A DNA stretch of 64,000 nt. It comes from Phormidesmis sp. (GTDB lineage Bacteria; Cyanobacteriota; Cyanobacteriia; Leptolyngbyales; Leptolyngbyaceae). The stretch is taken from the NCBI GenBank assembly GCA_965248535.1, contig CBDFJR010000005.1:32001-96000 (forward strand), given 5' to 3'. Position 1 is the stretch's first letter, and every line of letters starts with the position of its first letter. Shown here piece after piece: positions 10,336-20,343 of this stretch. The notes beneath the pieces were generated by a model that was given only the letters and a program-made list of their open reading frames with translations, did not search any database and was not told the DNA's origin. A program made the position numbers and the translations under genes.

Positions 10336-10625
10336 GATCGTTCCCTCAAGAGGCAAGGGCAACCGTAACCAATGACACGATCTATCGGGGGTCTCTAAAG
10401 CTATAACTTGCTTGCAGATGGGGATGAAGTCTCATCTTTTTAACCTTATGACGATCGACCGACAATGAATTATCGCAGTGTTAAAGAGATATTGCAGAAT
10501 AACCAGGCGTGGGACTTACATCCTAGTTGCCCTATGCCGTAGTTTGTTGTTCGTCTTCTTGGCTGCTACTCCATTTGTTCAATTAGGGAGCCGCCCCAAA
10601 TCTAGCAACGACTCCCTAACACTGA

Positions 10626-10997
10626 TCACAGTTGAATGGTGGTTTTGTTGTGCAACTCCTCTACTTGAATTAATGAACCCTCACCCAGAACAATGTTGAA
10701 TTTCACTAAAGAACGTTCAACCTGATAACCAGGCAACACTCGAACAATCTGATACTCTGTGGTCAAATCACTCGTGCCATCCCACTTCAGAAACGCGAGT
10801 TGATTAGACGCAATCTCACTCAGTTCTGAGACGAACTCTTCAATGCTGTCGCTAACATTCACGAGAATGCCAGACGGCACAAAGAGATAACGCTCTTGTA
10901 AATCCAAAACCACACTCACCCGATAACGTTTTTCGATTGAGCATCGCAACTCAACCGTAAACGAAATCGAGCTAGGAACGATCGTCCTAACTGCCAT
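10626..10997 (-). CDS. Orphan hypothetical protein (123 aa)
   Basis: ATG preceded by AAGAGGA Shine-Dalgarno; followed by a hairpin at ~10583-10619. Confidence 0.6.
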   Translation of the reverse strand: MAVRTIVPSSISFTVELRCSIEKRYRVSVVLDLQERYLFVPSGILVNVSDSIEEFVSELSEIASNQLAFLKWDGTSDLTTEYQIVRVLPGYQVERSLVKFNIVLGEGSLIQVEELHNKTTIQL

Positions 10998-10998
10998 A

Positions 10999-11036
10999 GT
11001 TTTTGTCCTCTTAGTTAAGTTAAAGAGGACAAAAAC
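10999..11036 (-). promoter_or_regulatory. Perfect 14-bp inverted repeat sequestering the RBS of the 123-aa ORF
   Basis: GTTTTTGTCCTCTT (10999-11012) and AAGAGGACAAAAAC (11023-11036). Confidence 0.7.
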
Positions 11037-11641
11037 ACGGATCTCTCAGACATTGGGTTGGGGGGAAATCTGTATGCAGGATCTTGATTCCAGCCTTTCA
11101 AGATCCCATAGCAAAGCCGACGGTGTACAATCATGAACGCCTCCTAAGTTACTAGTTCTAACTAGGGATGGAAGACCTCGGAGTCTGATTTCGTAGATCA
11201 GGCTTCGGGGCACAACTCCATCACTGCGGTGTATTCTACAGGAGTTTTTTGATTTTTGGAATAGTGAGGTTTTTGGGGAAGGGAAGCGATCGTTTTTGGG
11301 GAAGGGGAAGGGGGGCGATCGTAAATTCTTCCTGATTTATGTTCCAGTCGAGCAACGGCAGGGACTCGATCGACTCAGCGCCATGACTGATTCATCGGAA
11401 CGAGACAATTTACTCGCGGCTCCCTTAGAATCGAAAAACCTGAGCGCCATTCCGTATAATTACCCGAAAGTGGAGAGTTGTCCTGTGAGAATTCAGGATG
11501 ATTTCTAAAAAAATGGGAGTTATCCGGTTTCCATACAGCATAATTTCTCTGAGAGAGGCATTTATCCTGTTTGATAGGAGTTCAAACGGCAGAAATAGTA
11601 GTTAGGTAGCCAGTAAACACTCAAGTAGCGAGGTCATAAGT

Positions 11642-12202
11642 ATGAAGCGTCGTCATTTTATACAGCTTGGCGGTCTGTCAACTATTGGGGCAGCAGTTCC
11701 TCTCGTGTTTGAAAGTTTCGGAAGCAGAACATTGCAAGCTGTTGCTGCTGTGCCAAAACACCGAGATATTGTTGCTCTAGAGTGCATGGGAAATATTCAA
11801 GGTTCCAGATGGCTAGATGGAAGAACTGGAAATGGTACAGTTGGGCTTGCTCCTCGGAGAGACGGAGCTTTTACAGGTACACGTTGGCAAGTTTTTGAGG
11901 TGGATTCTGGCATTTACGCATTGAAGTATTTGGGAAATGTTAATGGTTCCCGGTGGCTAGATGGTCGTACCGGAAACGGTACGGTTGGACTTGCACCTAG
12001 AACGGATAAACAATTCTCAGGGACAAGGTGGCAGATTTTTGAGATTAGCTCAGGTATCCTCGCATTCAAGTGCCTGGGGGATGTGGAAGGTTCTCGATGG
12101 TTGGACGGTCGTACCGGCAATGCCACAGTTGGACTTGCGCCAAATACTCCAACACCTGATGGTGGTTTTAGCGGCGCAACTTGGCGGCTCTACAGTGCTT
12201 GA
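11642..12202 (+). CDS. Tat-signal protein with three ~48-aa repeats (beta-trefoil / lectin-like)
   Basis: MKRRHFIQLGG twin-arginine signal; GSRWLDGRTGNxTVGLAP repeated three times at 48-aa spacing. Confidence 0.8.
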   Translation: MKRRHFIQLGGLSTIGAAVPLVFESFGSRTLQAVAAVPKHRDIVALECMGNIQGSRWLDGRTGNGTVGLAPRRDGAFTGTRWQVFEVDSGIYALKYLGNVNGSRWLDGRTGNGTVGLAPRTDKQFSGTRWQIFEISSGILAFKCLGDVEGSRWLDGRTGNATVGLAPNTPTPDGGFSGATWRLYSA

Positions 12203-12300
12203 AACCCTACGAAGCTGGAGTGAGAAGCAATCCAGGGCAGGCTGGTAGCGGCTTCTCACACCTTATAATATTGTTGTAAGCCTTTGTAGGGTTTCGGATT

Positions 12301-12516
12301 ATGCTGGCACATCGTATCGAAACGATCATTAATCAGGACAAAACGTTAACATTAGAAAATTTACCATTTCATTCTGGCGAACAAGTTGAGGTAATCATTT
12401 TGTCTCGCCCACGGAGAGAATTTGGACAAAACCGCTATCCTCTTCGTGGAACCACGATTCAATATGTTGATCCTACTGAACCTGTGGCGCAAGATGACTG
12501 GGAAGTTACACGATGA
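12301..12516 (+). CDS. Putative antitoxin (VapB-like)
   Basis: 71 aa, LTLENLPFHSGEQVEVIIL; overlaps the PIN gene by ATGA. Confidence 0.78.
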   Translation: MLAHRIETIINQDKTLTLENLPFHSGEQVEVIILSRPRREFGQNRYPLRGTTIQYVDPTEPVAQDDWEVTR

Positions 12517-12905
12517 TTGTACTCGATACTCGCATATGGATTTGGTGGGTGCATGGAGATGGAAAGCTTACCCGTGAATACTATGAGTACATTCAAGAAC
12601 AAGAATCACAGGGATTGGGAATCAGTGCAATTTCTTGCTGGGAAGTTGCCAAATTAGTTGAATATGGTCGGCTGACCTTGCCCAGATCTGTAGATAAATG
12701 GTTGGATGAAGCTTTGGCTTATCCAGGTATAAATTTTCTGGAGCTAACGCCACGCATTTGCGTAGAATCAACTCAATTACCGGGGGCTTTTCATCGAGAT
12801 CCTGCTGATCAAATCATCGTCGCAACAGCCAGAGTTCACAATTGCCCAATTGTTACAGTGGACAGGAAAATTCGAGAGTATTCATATGTTGAAACTCAGC
12901 CATAA
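12513..12905 (+). CDS. vapC: PIN-domain toxin, VapC family
   Basis: IVLDTRIWIW, ISAISCWE, HRDPADQIIVATA, VTVD. Confidence 0.92.
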   Translation: MIVLDTRIWIWWVHGDGKLTREYYEYIQEQESQGLGISAISCWEVAKLVEYGRLTLPRSVDKWLDEALAYPGINFLELTPRICVESTQLPGAFHRDPADQIIVATARVHNCPIVTVDRKIREYSYVETQP

Positions 12906-12908
12906 GCT

Positions 12909-13692
12909 ACCTAATCGGGTAACCAGGGGATTTTCTCCCCCAGTCCCCACGGCACCCCGCGTGCGGCTCCGCACGGGGCGCGTCCCCAGAAAAGTTTTAG
13001 ACAAGCCAGTTCAATAGAACTGAATATCCAGGGCTGGTTGTGCAGTTAAGCGCCGACAAAATAGCTCCCCCGTTCGGGTTCATCGCCCAGTCGAGCTTTG
13101 CAACTCCTCCCTGCTTTCTAAGGTTCAGCCCTTCACCCTGTCTCACCCATTACGGTGAGTGTTTGGCTACTATGACCTCTGCTGACTTCTGCTCAATCAT
13201 GAGTCCTGTTGCCATGACTCACGCTGCCTGAATGTCCTTAGGGTTCCGTGGCTCCCTAGCCGTTTCCCGCTAGACCTCAATCAGACTCCCGTAGACCCTC
13301 AGACCGCCCTTTGAGCAGATCTCCCCAGATAAGAACGTGAACTGTCTCTGCACAACTGCGTCATTTACTGTGTTCCCTGAACCAAAAGGCTTCATGATGT
13401 TGTGCTCACTTGCCACAGGAATCTCAGCCTTCTATGACGTTTCTGTCCGTCAGCTCGCAGATTTGCCGCTGGCTTCCTTCAGACCCTTCCTCGCGGAAAC
13501 GCCCTTACCTTAAGCTAGTCGTTGTCGTCACTCGGATCTTTTGGGATCATTTGGACGTTGGTTCTCCGACAGGGGACTTTCACCCCATTAGTTCACACCC
13601 ATGCTGGGCGTACACAACACAGTGGAGCGGACGGTATAAATCTCTTGCTTCGTTTCGGTGATATCTGCCACCGCTGAACAGGGTCGTTATGC
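12909..13692 (+). other. Integron attC recombination site (84 bp when reconstructed), interrupted by a group II intron
   Basis: Joining 12909-12913 to 13614-13692 gives ACCTAAC (R'')-AACAC-AGTGGAGCGGACGG...CCACCGCTGAAC-AGGGTC-GTTATGC (R'), an imperfect palindrome starting 3 bp after the vapC stop. Confidence 0.8.
12914..13613 (-). mobile_element. Group IIC (attC-targeting) intron, ORF-less, 700 nt
   Basis: Minus-strand 5' end GTACGCCCAGCATGGGTG...GGGGTGAAAGTCCC; domain V GCGCCCCGTGCGGAGCCGCACGCGGGGTGC with CGC triad; domain VI ending TTACCCGAT; exon junction TTGT/TAGGT; no RT ORF. Confidence 0.88.
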
Positions 13693-13881
13693 CGCTGAAC
13701 TATGCTTCTTAAAGAGCCAATGGAAAGAAGAAACATAGATGATTTAGATAAAGAGCTTAAACAGCTTATCTCATTCACTACAGACGGTCACTTTGTTCTG
13801 ACTACTTAAAATTGTGAATTTTAATACATCAATCCATTCGTCATTGCTGTAGACCAAGCATAGCGTTTATTTTGAGCCTCT

Positions 13882-15240
13882 ATGTCTACCTTGTTGGTCA
13901 AGAATATTCATACTCTAGTCACGATGGATGCAGCCCGACGGGAAATCCACAATGCGGCTCTGTTAATCCGAGACAACGGGATTGAGCAGGTTGGAACAAC
14001 ACCAGAGTTGCCTCAAACCGCAGATGAAGTTCTAGATCTACAAGGTCGGTATGTTGTGCTTCCCGGTCTTGTGAATACTCATCACCATTTTTACCAAACT
14101 CTGACTCGTGTCATTCCTGCGGCTCAAAACTGCGATTTATTTAATTGGTTGCAAACGCTCTACCCAATTTGGGCAAATCTCACGCCAGAATCCGTTTATA
14201 TCAGTGCTCAAATGGCGGCGGCCGAGTTGATGTTGTCGGGCTGCACGACGGCAAGCGATCATCTCTACATCTATCCCAACGGCAGCACTCTGGATGATGA
14301 AATTCGAGCTATTCAGGCAATTGGGCTACGGTTTCATGCCAGTCGAGGCAGCATGAGTGTGGGGCAGAGTCAGGGAGGTCTCCCTCCCGATGCTGTGGTT
14401 GAAAAGGAAGCCGATATTTTGAAGGATAGTCAACGGTTGATTGAGCAATATCATGACAATAGTCGTCATGCGATGCTGCGAATCACGCTGGCACCCTGTT
14501 CACCGTTTTCAGTGTCTCAAGATCTGATGCGAGAATCGGCGGCCCTTGCGCGATCGTATCCCGGCATCAGACTGCATACTCATCTCGCAGAAAATAAGTC
14601 AGATATTGACTATAGTTTGGCGACCTTTGGCATGACACCCGGCGACTATGCAGAATCGGTGGGCTGGCTAGGGGAAGATGTCTGGCACGCCCATTGTGTT
14701 CAACTCGACGATCGCGCCATTCAGAAGTTTGGCAAAACTGGCACCGGGGTGGCGCATTGTCCCTGTAGCAATATGCGGCTTGCCAGCGGCATGGCCCCCA
14801 TTCGCAAAATGCTCGATCATCAAGTTCCCGTGGGCTTAGGAGTCGATGGATCGGCATCAAATGATGGCTCAAATTTGTTAAATGAAGCCCGGACTGCTTT
14901 TCTGATGGCACGGGTTCGCGAACTGAATGCCGCCGCGATGACCGCACGCGAGGTTCTGGAGTTGGCAACCCTCGGCGGAGCAAGAGTGTTAGGACGAGAT
15001 GATATTGGGTCTCTAGCGCCGGGTATGTCAGCAGATTTGATCGCGATCGACCTCGATCGTCCTGAGTTTGCAGGTGCTCAACATGACCCGATCGCAGCCA
15101 TAATTTTCTGTCAGGTCAATGCGGTAGATTACAGCTTTATCAATGGTCAAAAAGTGGTTGATCAGGGTCGATTAACCACGATCGAACTGCCAACATTGGT
15201 TGAAAAACACAATCGTTTGGCGCATCAACTCATTGGTTAG
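13882..15240 (+). CDS. 8-oxoguanine deaminase-like amidohydrolase
   Basis: PGLVNTHHHFYQTLTR, APCSPFSVS, HTHLAE, AHCPCSNMRLASG, GVDGSASND. Confidence 0.88.
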   Translation: MSTLLVKNIHTLVTMDAARREIHNAALLIRDNGIEQVGTTPELPQTADEVLDLQGRYVVLPGLVNTHHHFYQTLTRVIPAAQNCDLFNWLQTLYPIWANLTPESVYISAQMAAAELMLSGCTTASDHLYIYPNGSTLDDEIRAIQAIGLRFHASRGSMSVGQSQGGLPPDAVVEKEADILKDSQRLIEQYHDNSRHAMLRITLAPCSPFSVSQDLMRESAALARSYPGIRLHTHLAENKSDIDYSLATFGMTPGDYAESVGWLGEDVWHAHCVQLDDRAIQKFGKTGTGVAHCPCSNMRLASGMAPIRKMLDHQVPVGLGVDGSASNDGSNLLNEARTAFLMARVRELNAAAMTAREVLELATLGGARVLGRDDIGSLAPGMSADLIAIDLDRPEFAGAQHDPIAAIIFCQVNAVDYSFINGQKVVDQGRLTTIELPTLVEKHNRLAHQLIG

Positions 15241-15367
15241 TCAACAACCTCACCCCTAAGCGGATGGAGATTCATCCCTTTCAGTCTGTGGCTCTGATGA
15301 TTTGTTGGCAGCCGGGCACTTCATTTTTGTACGATGTCCTTAGCTTTTTGTTGTGGATATTTGTTCA

Positions 15368-17201
15368 ATGCAAAGTCTTGAGACTGATGTGCTGGTGGTG
15401 GGTGGCGGCACGGGCGGCACGGCGGCCGCGATTCAAGCGGCGCGGCGCGGAGCCAATACAATTCTAGTCAGCGAGTTTTGTTGGCTCGGCGGAATGTTGA
15501 CTAGTGCCGGAGTAGCTGCCCCCGATGGCAACGAGCTAGCCGCCTTTCAAACCGGGATTTGGGGTGCCTTTCTCAAAGAGTTGCAGCAGCGTCAGCCCGA
15601 AGGGTTAGACCATGCTTGGGTGAGTTTTTTCACCTACGATCCACGGGTTGGGTCAGCGATTTTTGCCGATTGGGTGGCTGACCTGCCTAATCTGACTTGG
15701 ATTCAAAACCAAGCGCCCTTGGAGGTTTTAAAGCAGGACGATCGCGTCATCTGGCGTTCGCTTTGCAGATTACACGATCGCTGCTCAGATCACGATCGAC
15801 GGCACGGAGTTAGGAGATTTGCTCGCCTTGGGCGATATTCCCCATCGCTGGGGCTGGGAGTTGCAGTCTGAGTGGGGGGAACCGAGTGCGCCGATCGTGC
15901 CCAATCTGCTCACCCAAACCTACCCGGTGCAAGCGCCAACGTGGGTGGTCGTGCTGCGAGATTGGGGCGAAACTGGACTGGCTCCAGAGATTGCGGCACC
16001 GCCTGACTACAACCCATCAAAATTCGTTCAAGCTTGGGCCGATTACGGAACTGAGAAGTTTTTGAACTATGGACGCTTGCCTGGAGACCGCTTCATGATC
16101 AATTGGCCGATCGCAGGCAACGATTATGGAGAAGGCGTTGAGCGACTGATCGGCTCGGCGGAGGAGCGATCGCAGTTCTTGCAAGCAGCGCTCTGGCATA
16201 CTCAAGGCTTTGCCCACTATATTCAAACCCAGTTGGGGCGGCGGTTTGGTCTAGCAGAGGAGGTTTTTCCGATTCCAACGCCAAACACTTTGGGGGGCGG
16301 TGCCTATGCGCTTCACCCTTATTATCGCGAGAGCCGAAGACTAAAAGGGCTAGTCACGGTGAGAGAGCAAGATCTGCTGCCGCAGGGACAGGTTGCCCCG
16401 CTGCCGATCAAAACCACGGCTCAAGGCTGTGAGATTGCTGAGACTATCTGCCAGTCGATCGCGATCGGCAACTACGCCAACGATCATCATTACCCCAGTG
16501 GCGACATTTTGCTAAAGCCAAAATCAATGCGCTGGGGCGGACGTTGGACAGGCACTCCCTTCACGATTCCCTACGGCGCTCTGGTGCCAGAAGTCACTGA
16601 CGGATTTTTGGTCTGTGAGAAAAATATCTCAGTGACTCACCTGGCGAATGGGGCGACTCGCCTTCAACCTGTGGTTTTAGGAATTGGGCAAGCCGCAGGA
16701 CTGGCAGCCGCTCTGTGCATCGAACAACAGTGTCAACCAAGAGACTTGTCGGTGCGATCGCTGCAAAACGCCCTTTTAGAAGACACGATCGCGCCTGCTG
16801 CCGTGATTCCGCTGTTAAACCAGACGCTTGATGATCCTGACTGGCTCCATTGGCAGCATTATTATTTAGATTTTCTAGAGGCTTATCCCGCTGGTGGATG
16901 TGCTCCGGTGCCTGCTTCGCGGTCTTGTGCGCCTCAGAGTCAATCGAATGTTTCTGGCATTTTTGAGCGCCACGGTGAACAAGACTATGCGATCGTCCTT
17001 GACCCGCTGCCCGACTCCAAGCCGATCCCAAAAACTTGGGCGCTGGTGACGCTGGCTCCAGAAGTCGATGTCCAGCTAAAGCAGTATAAATCAGGAGACA
17101 GGATCTCTATTGTTGGTAAAATAAATCACAGTGGAAGCTGGATCTTAGTAGAGTCAATCGCCTTCTACGAGATATTACGTAAGGACTGCCGCGCTTCCTA
17201 A
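15368..17201 (+). pseudogene. FAD-dependent oxidoreductase split by a +1 frameshift (real lesion or sequencing error)
   Basis: DVLVVGGGTGG Rossmann motif in the first ORF; removing one base near 15752 restores DRVIGVRFADY...DGTELGDLLALG, continuous with ORF 15819-17201 (YYRESRRL, ANGATRLQP). Confidence 0.8.
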
Positions 17202-17250
17202 AAAGCTCCATACGTAGAATTACTAGATCTGAAAAAACTACGTTACTTCG

Positions 17251-17280
17251 TCCTGATCAAGTGATAGAGAGTCTGTATCA
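17251..17280 (+). promoter_or_regulatory. DIF1-like promoter motif upstream of patX
   Basis: TCCTGA (one mismatch to TCCGGA), 18-nt spacer, then GTATCA. Confidence 0.45.
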
Positions 17281-17311
17281 GTGAGCAGATACATCGAAAC
17301 AGACTCAATTT

Positions 17312-17539
17312 ATGCGTGCTCAAACCTCTGTCACTCTGATCAGCTTGCTCATCGGTTCTCTAACGATCGGTCTTCACTCAACTGAGTCTTTGCCTGGGTT
17401 GAAGCAGGTTATCCAATCGTCTCTGTTGACTCCCTCAGACTCGCCAAGTTCCTACTTAGCTCATCGGGGCAGTGGACGAATTGAAGGCCCATTCGTTTCT
17501 ATGTCCATTTCTACGTCTATGGTGCAAGACTTAGCTTGA
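17312..17539 (+). CDS. patX: PatX, RGSGR-containing HetR-inhibitor precursor
   Basis: Hydrophobic signal-like N-terminus, HRGSGR motif, position between an FAD oxidoreductase and hetR. Confidence 0.88.
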   Translation: MRAQTSVTLISLLIGSLTIGLHSTESLPGLKQVIQSSLLTPSDSPSSYLAHRGSGRIEGPFVSMSISTSMVQDLA

Positions 17540-17600
17540 TTAAGCGTTCACTGATTTCCTCAAGGTTTCCTGATCCTTCTCGACATAGTTTAGTCAGCAC

Positions 17601-17640
17601 AAAATGGAGGCTCTTTCGATTAAAGATTGCTTCCATTTTT
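17601..17640. terminator. Hairpin between patX and hetR
   Basis: AAAATGGAGGC...GCTTCCATTTT imperfect inverted repeat. Confidence 0.5.
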
Positions 17641-17847
17641 GTGTTTAGATTTTTTGCCGATCTTTGTATACTGAGTGGGAACAGTTAAGAGAGAATACTT
17701 AATAACATCAATTATGAATAAAATTAAAAATGCACTGCTTAAATGATTTAGTATTTCTGTCTCTAACTCCTCTCTGATGAATCACCTGACTTTAGAAATC
17801 AATCTCTCTACGATCGCTAGCGTTCCCGTAGATTCACAGAAGTTTGA

Positions 17848-18774
<927 letters not shown>

Positions 18775-18780
18775 GCGACT

Positions 18781-20265
18781 CTAGGGCAGGTCAGTGTGGC
18801 CCATGAGATAGCGATCGCACTCACGAGCCGCCCCGCGACCCTCGTTAAACGCCCAGACAACAAGGCTTTGACCGCGCCGACAGTCTCCGGCTGCAAACAC
18901 GCTAGGAATGCTGGTGATGTATTTTTCGTGATCGGCTTTGACGTTGCTGCGGGCATCGCGATCGACTCCTAGCGCGTCTAAAAGGGGTTGCTCAGGCCCC
19001 AAAAAGCCCATGGCTAACAGGACAAGCTGCGCGGGCAAAACTTTCTCGGTGCCGGGAATGTGCTGCGGGATGAACTGTCCCTTCTCATTTTTCCCCCACT
19101 TCACCTCGACGGTGTGGACGGCTTTAACTTGTCCATTTTCGTCACCCTCGAAGTGGGTTGCAGTCGTGAGATAGCCACGGGGATCATCGCCAAACTTGGC
19201 GGCCGCCTCTTCTTGCCCATAGTCGAGGCGATAGACTTTGGGCCACTCAGGCCAGGGGTTATCGGGTGTTCGCTCTTGGGGTGGTTGGGGCAAAATTTCG
19301 AGTTGTACTAGGCTCTTGCAGCCGTGACGAAGGGAGGTGCCCACGCAGTCGGTTCCGGTGTCGCCACCGCCGATAATCACGACATCTTTGCCTTCAGCAG
19401 AAATAAAGGTGCCGTTGCTGCTTTGGTCTAAAACGGCTTTGGTGTTGGCGGTGAGAAAATCCATTGCGAAGTGGATGCCCTTGAGATCACGACCTGCGAT
19501 CGCTAAGTCACGCGGCTTGGTTGCCCCGACGCAAAGCACGACAGAATCAAAGTCTTTGAGCAGCATTTCGACGGGCAAATCTTTGCCGATCTCGGTGTTG
19601 CAGATAAACGTGATGCCTTCGTCTTCAAGAACTTTGATGCGGCGCAGCACGACTTCTTCTTTCTCAAGCTTCATGTTGGGGATGCCATACATCAGCAGCC
19701 CGCCGGGACGATCGGCGCGTTCATAAACTGTGACCCAGTGACCCGACTTGTTTAGCTGGGCTGCGGCAGAGAGTCCGGCGGGCCCTGAGCCGATGATGGC
19801 GACTTTTTTGCCTGTGCGTTTGGTGGGCGGTTCGGGTTTGATCCAGCCTTCGTGCCAGCCTTTATCGACGATCGAGCATTCGATATTTTTAATCGTGACG
19901 GGCGGGTTGTTGATGCCGAGGACGCACGAGCCTTCGCAAGGAGCGGGACAGACCCGACCTGTGAATTCAGGAAAGTTGTTGGTTTTGTGGAGGCGATCGA
20001 GGGCCTCGTGCCACAGTCCGCGATAGACCAGATCGTTAAATTCAGGAATCAGATTATTCACAGGGCAGCCGCTTGCCATGCCGCTAATCAGCGTGCCGCT
20101 GTGACAAAACGGGATGCCGCAATCCATGCAGCGTGCGCCTTGAGTGCGGAGTTTGTCTTCTGGCATAGGCTGGTGAATGTCGTTCCAGTCTTGGATGCGA
20201 TCGAGGGGCGATCGGTCAGAGGGCAACTCGCGAAGAAATTCGATAAAGCCGGTTGGTTTTCCCAT
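18781..20265 (-). CDS. gltD: NADH-glutamate synthase small subunit
   Basis: [43 protein letters not shown]. Confidence 0.96.
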   Translation of the reverse strand: MGKPTGFIEFLRELPSDRSPLDRIQDWNDIHQPMPEDKLRTQGARCMDCGIPFCHSGTLISGMASGCPVNNLIPEFNDLVYRGLWHEALDRLHKTNNFPEFTGRVCPAPCEGSCVLGINNPPVTIKNIECSIVDKGWHEGWIKPEPPTKRTGKKVAIIGSGPAGLSAAAQLNKSGHWVTVYERADRPGGLLMYGIPNMKLEKEEVVLRRIKVLEDEGITFICNTEIGKDLPVEMLLKDFDSVVLCVGATKPRDLAIAGRDLKGIHFAMDFLTANTKAVLDQSSNGTFISAEGKDVVIIGGGDTGTDCVGTSLRHGCKSLVQLEILPQPPQERTPDNPWPEWPKVYRLDYGQEEAAAKFGDDPRGYLTTATHFEGDENGQVKAVHTVEVKWGKNEKGQFIPQHIPGTEKVLPAQLVLLAMGFLGPEQPLLDALGVDRDARSNVKADHEKYITSIPSVFAAGDCRRGQSLVVWAFNEGRGAARECDRYLMGHTDLP

Positions 20266-20343
20266 GATGGTGTCTTAAAAGTGGCGGTGATTAAGGGAGT
20301 AGGGGCAGGTGATTAGTGCCCTACAAAGTATGGATGCGAAGGA

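Noticed and set aside
11268..11508. Duplicated GTTTTTGGGGAAGGG..GCGATCGT unit and ORF 11296-11508
   Set aside because: Two degenerate low-complexity copies; the ORF has a TTG start and no recognisable protein features
13040..13661. ORFs 13040-13231, 13410-13661 and the overlapping 13593-13778
   Set aside because: They are chance frames across the group II intron RNA and attC site; no RT or maturase motifs
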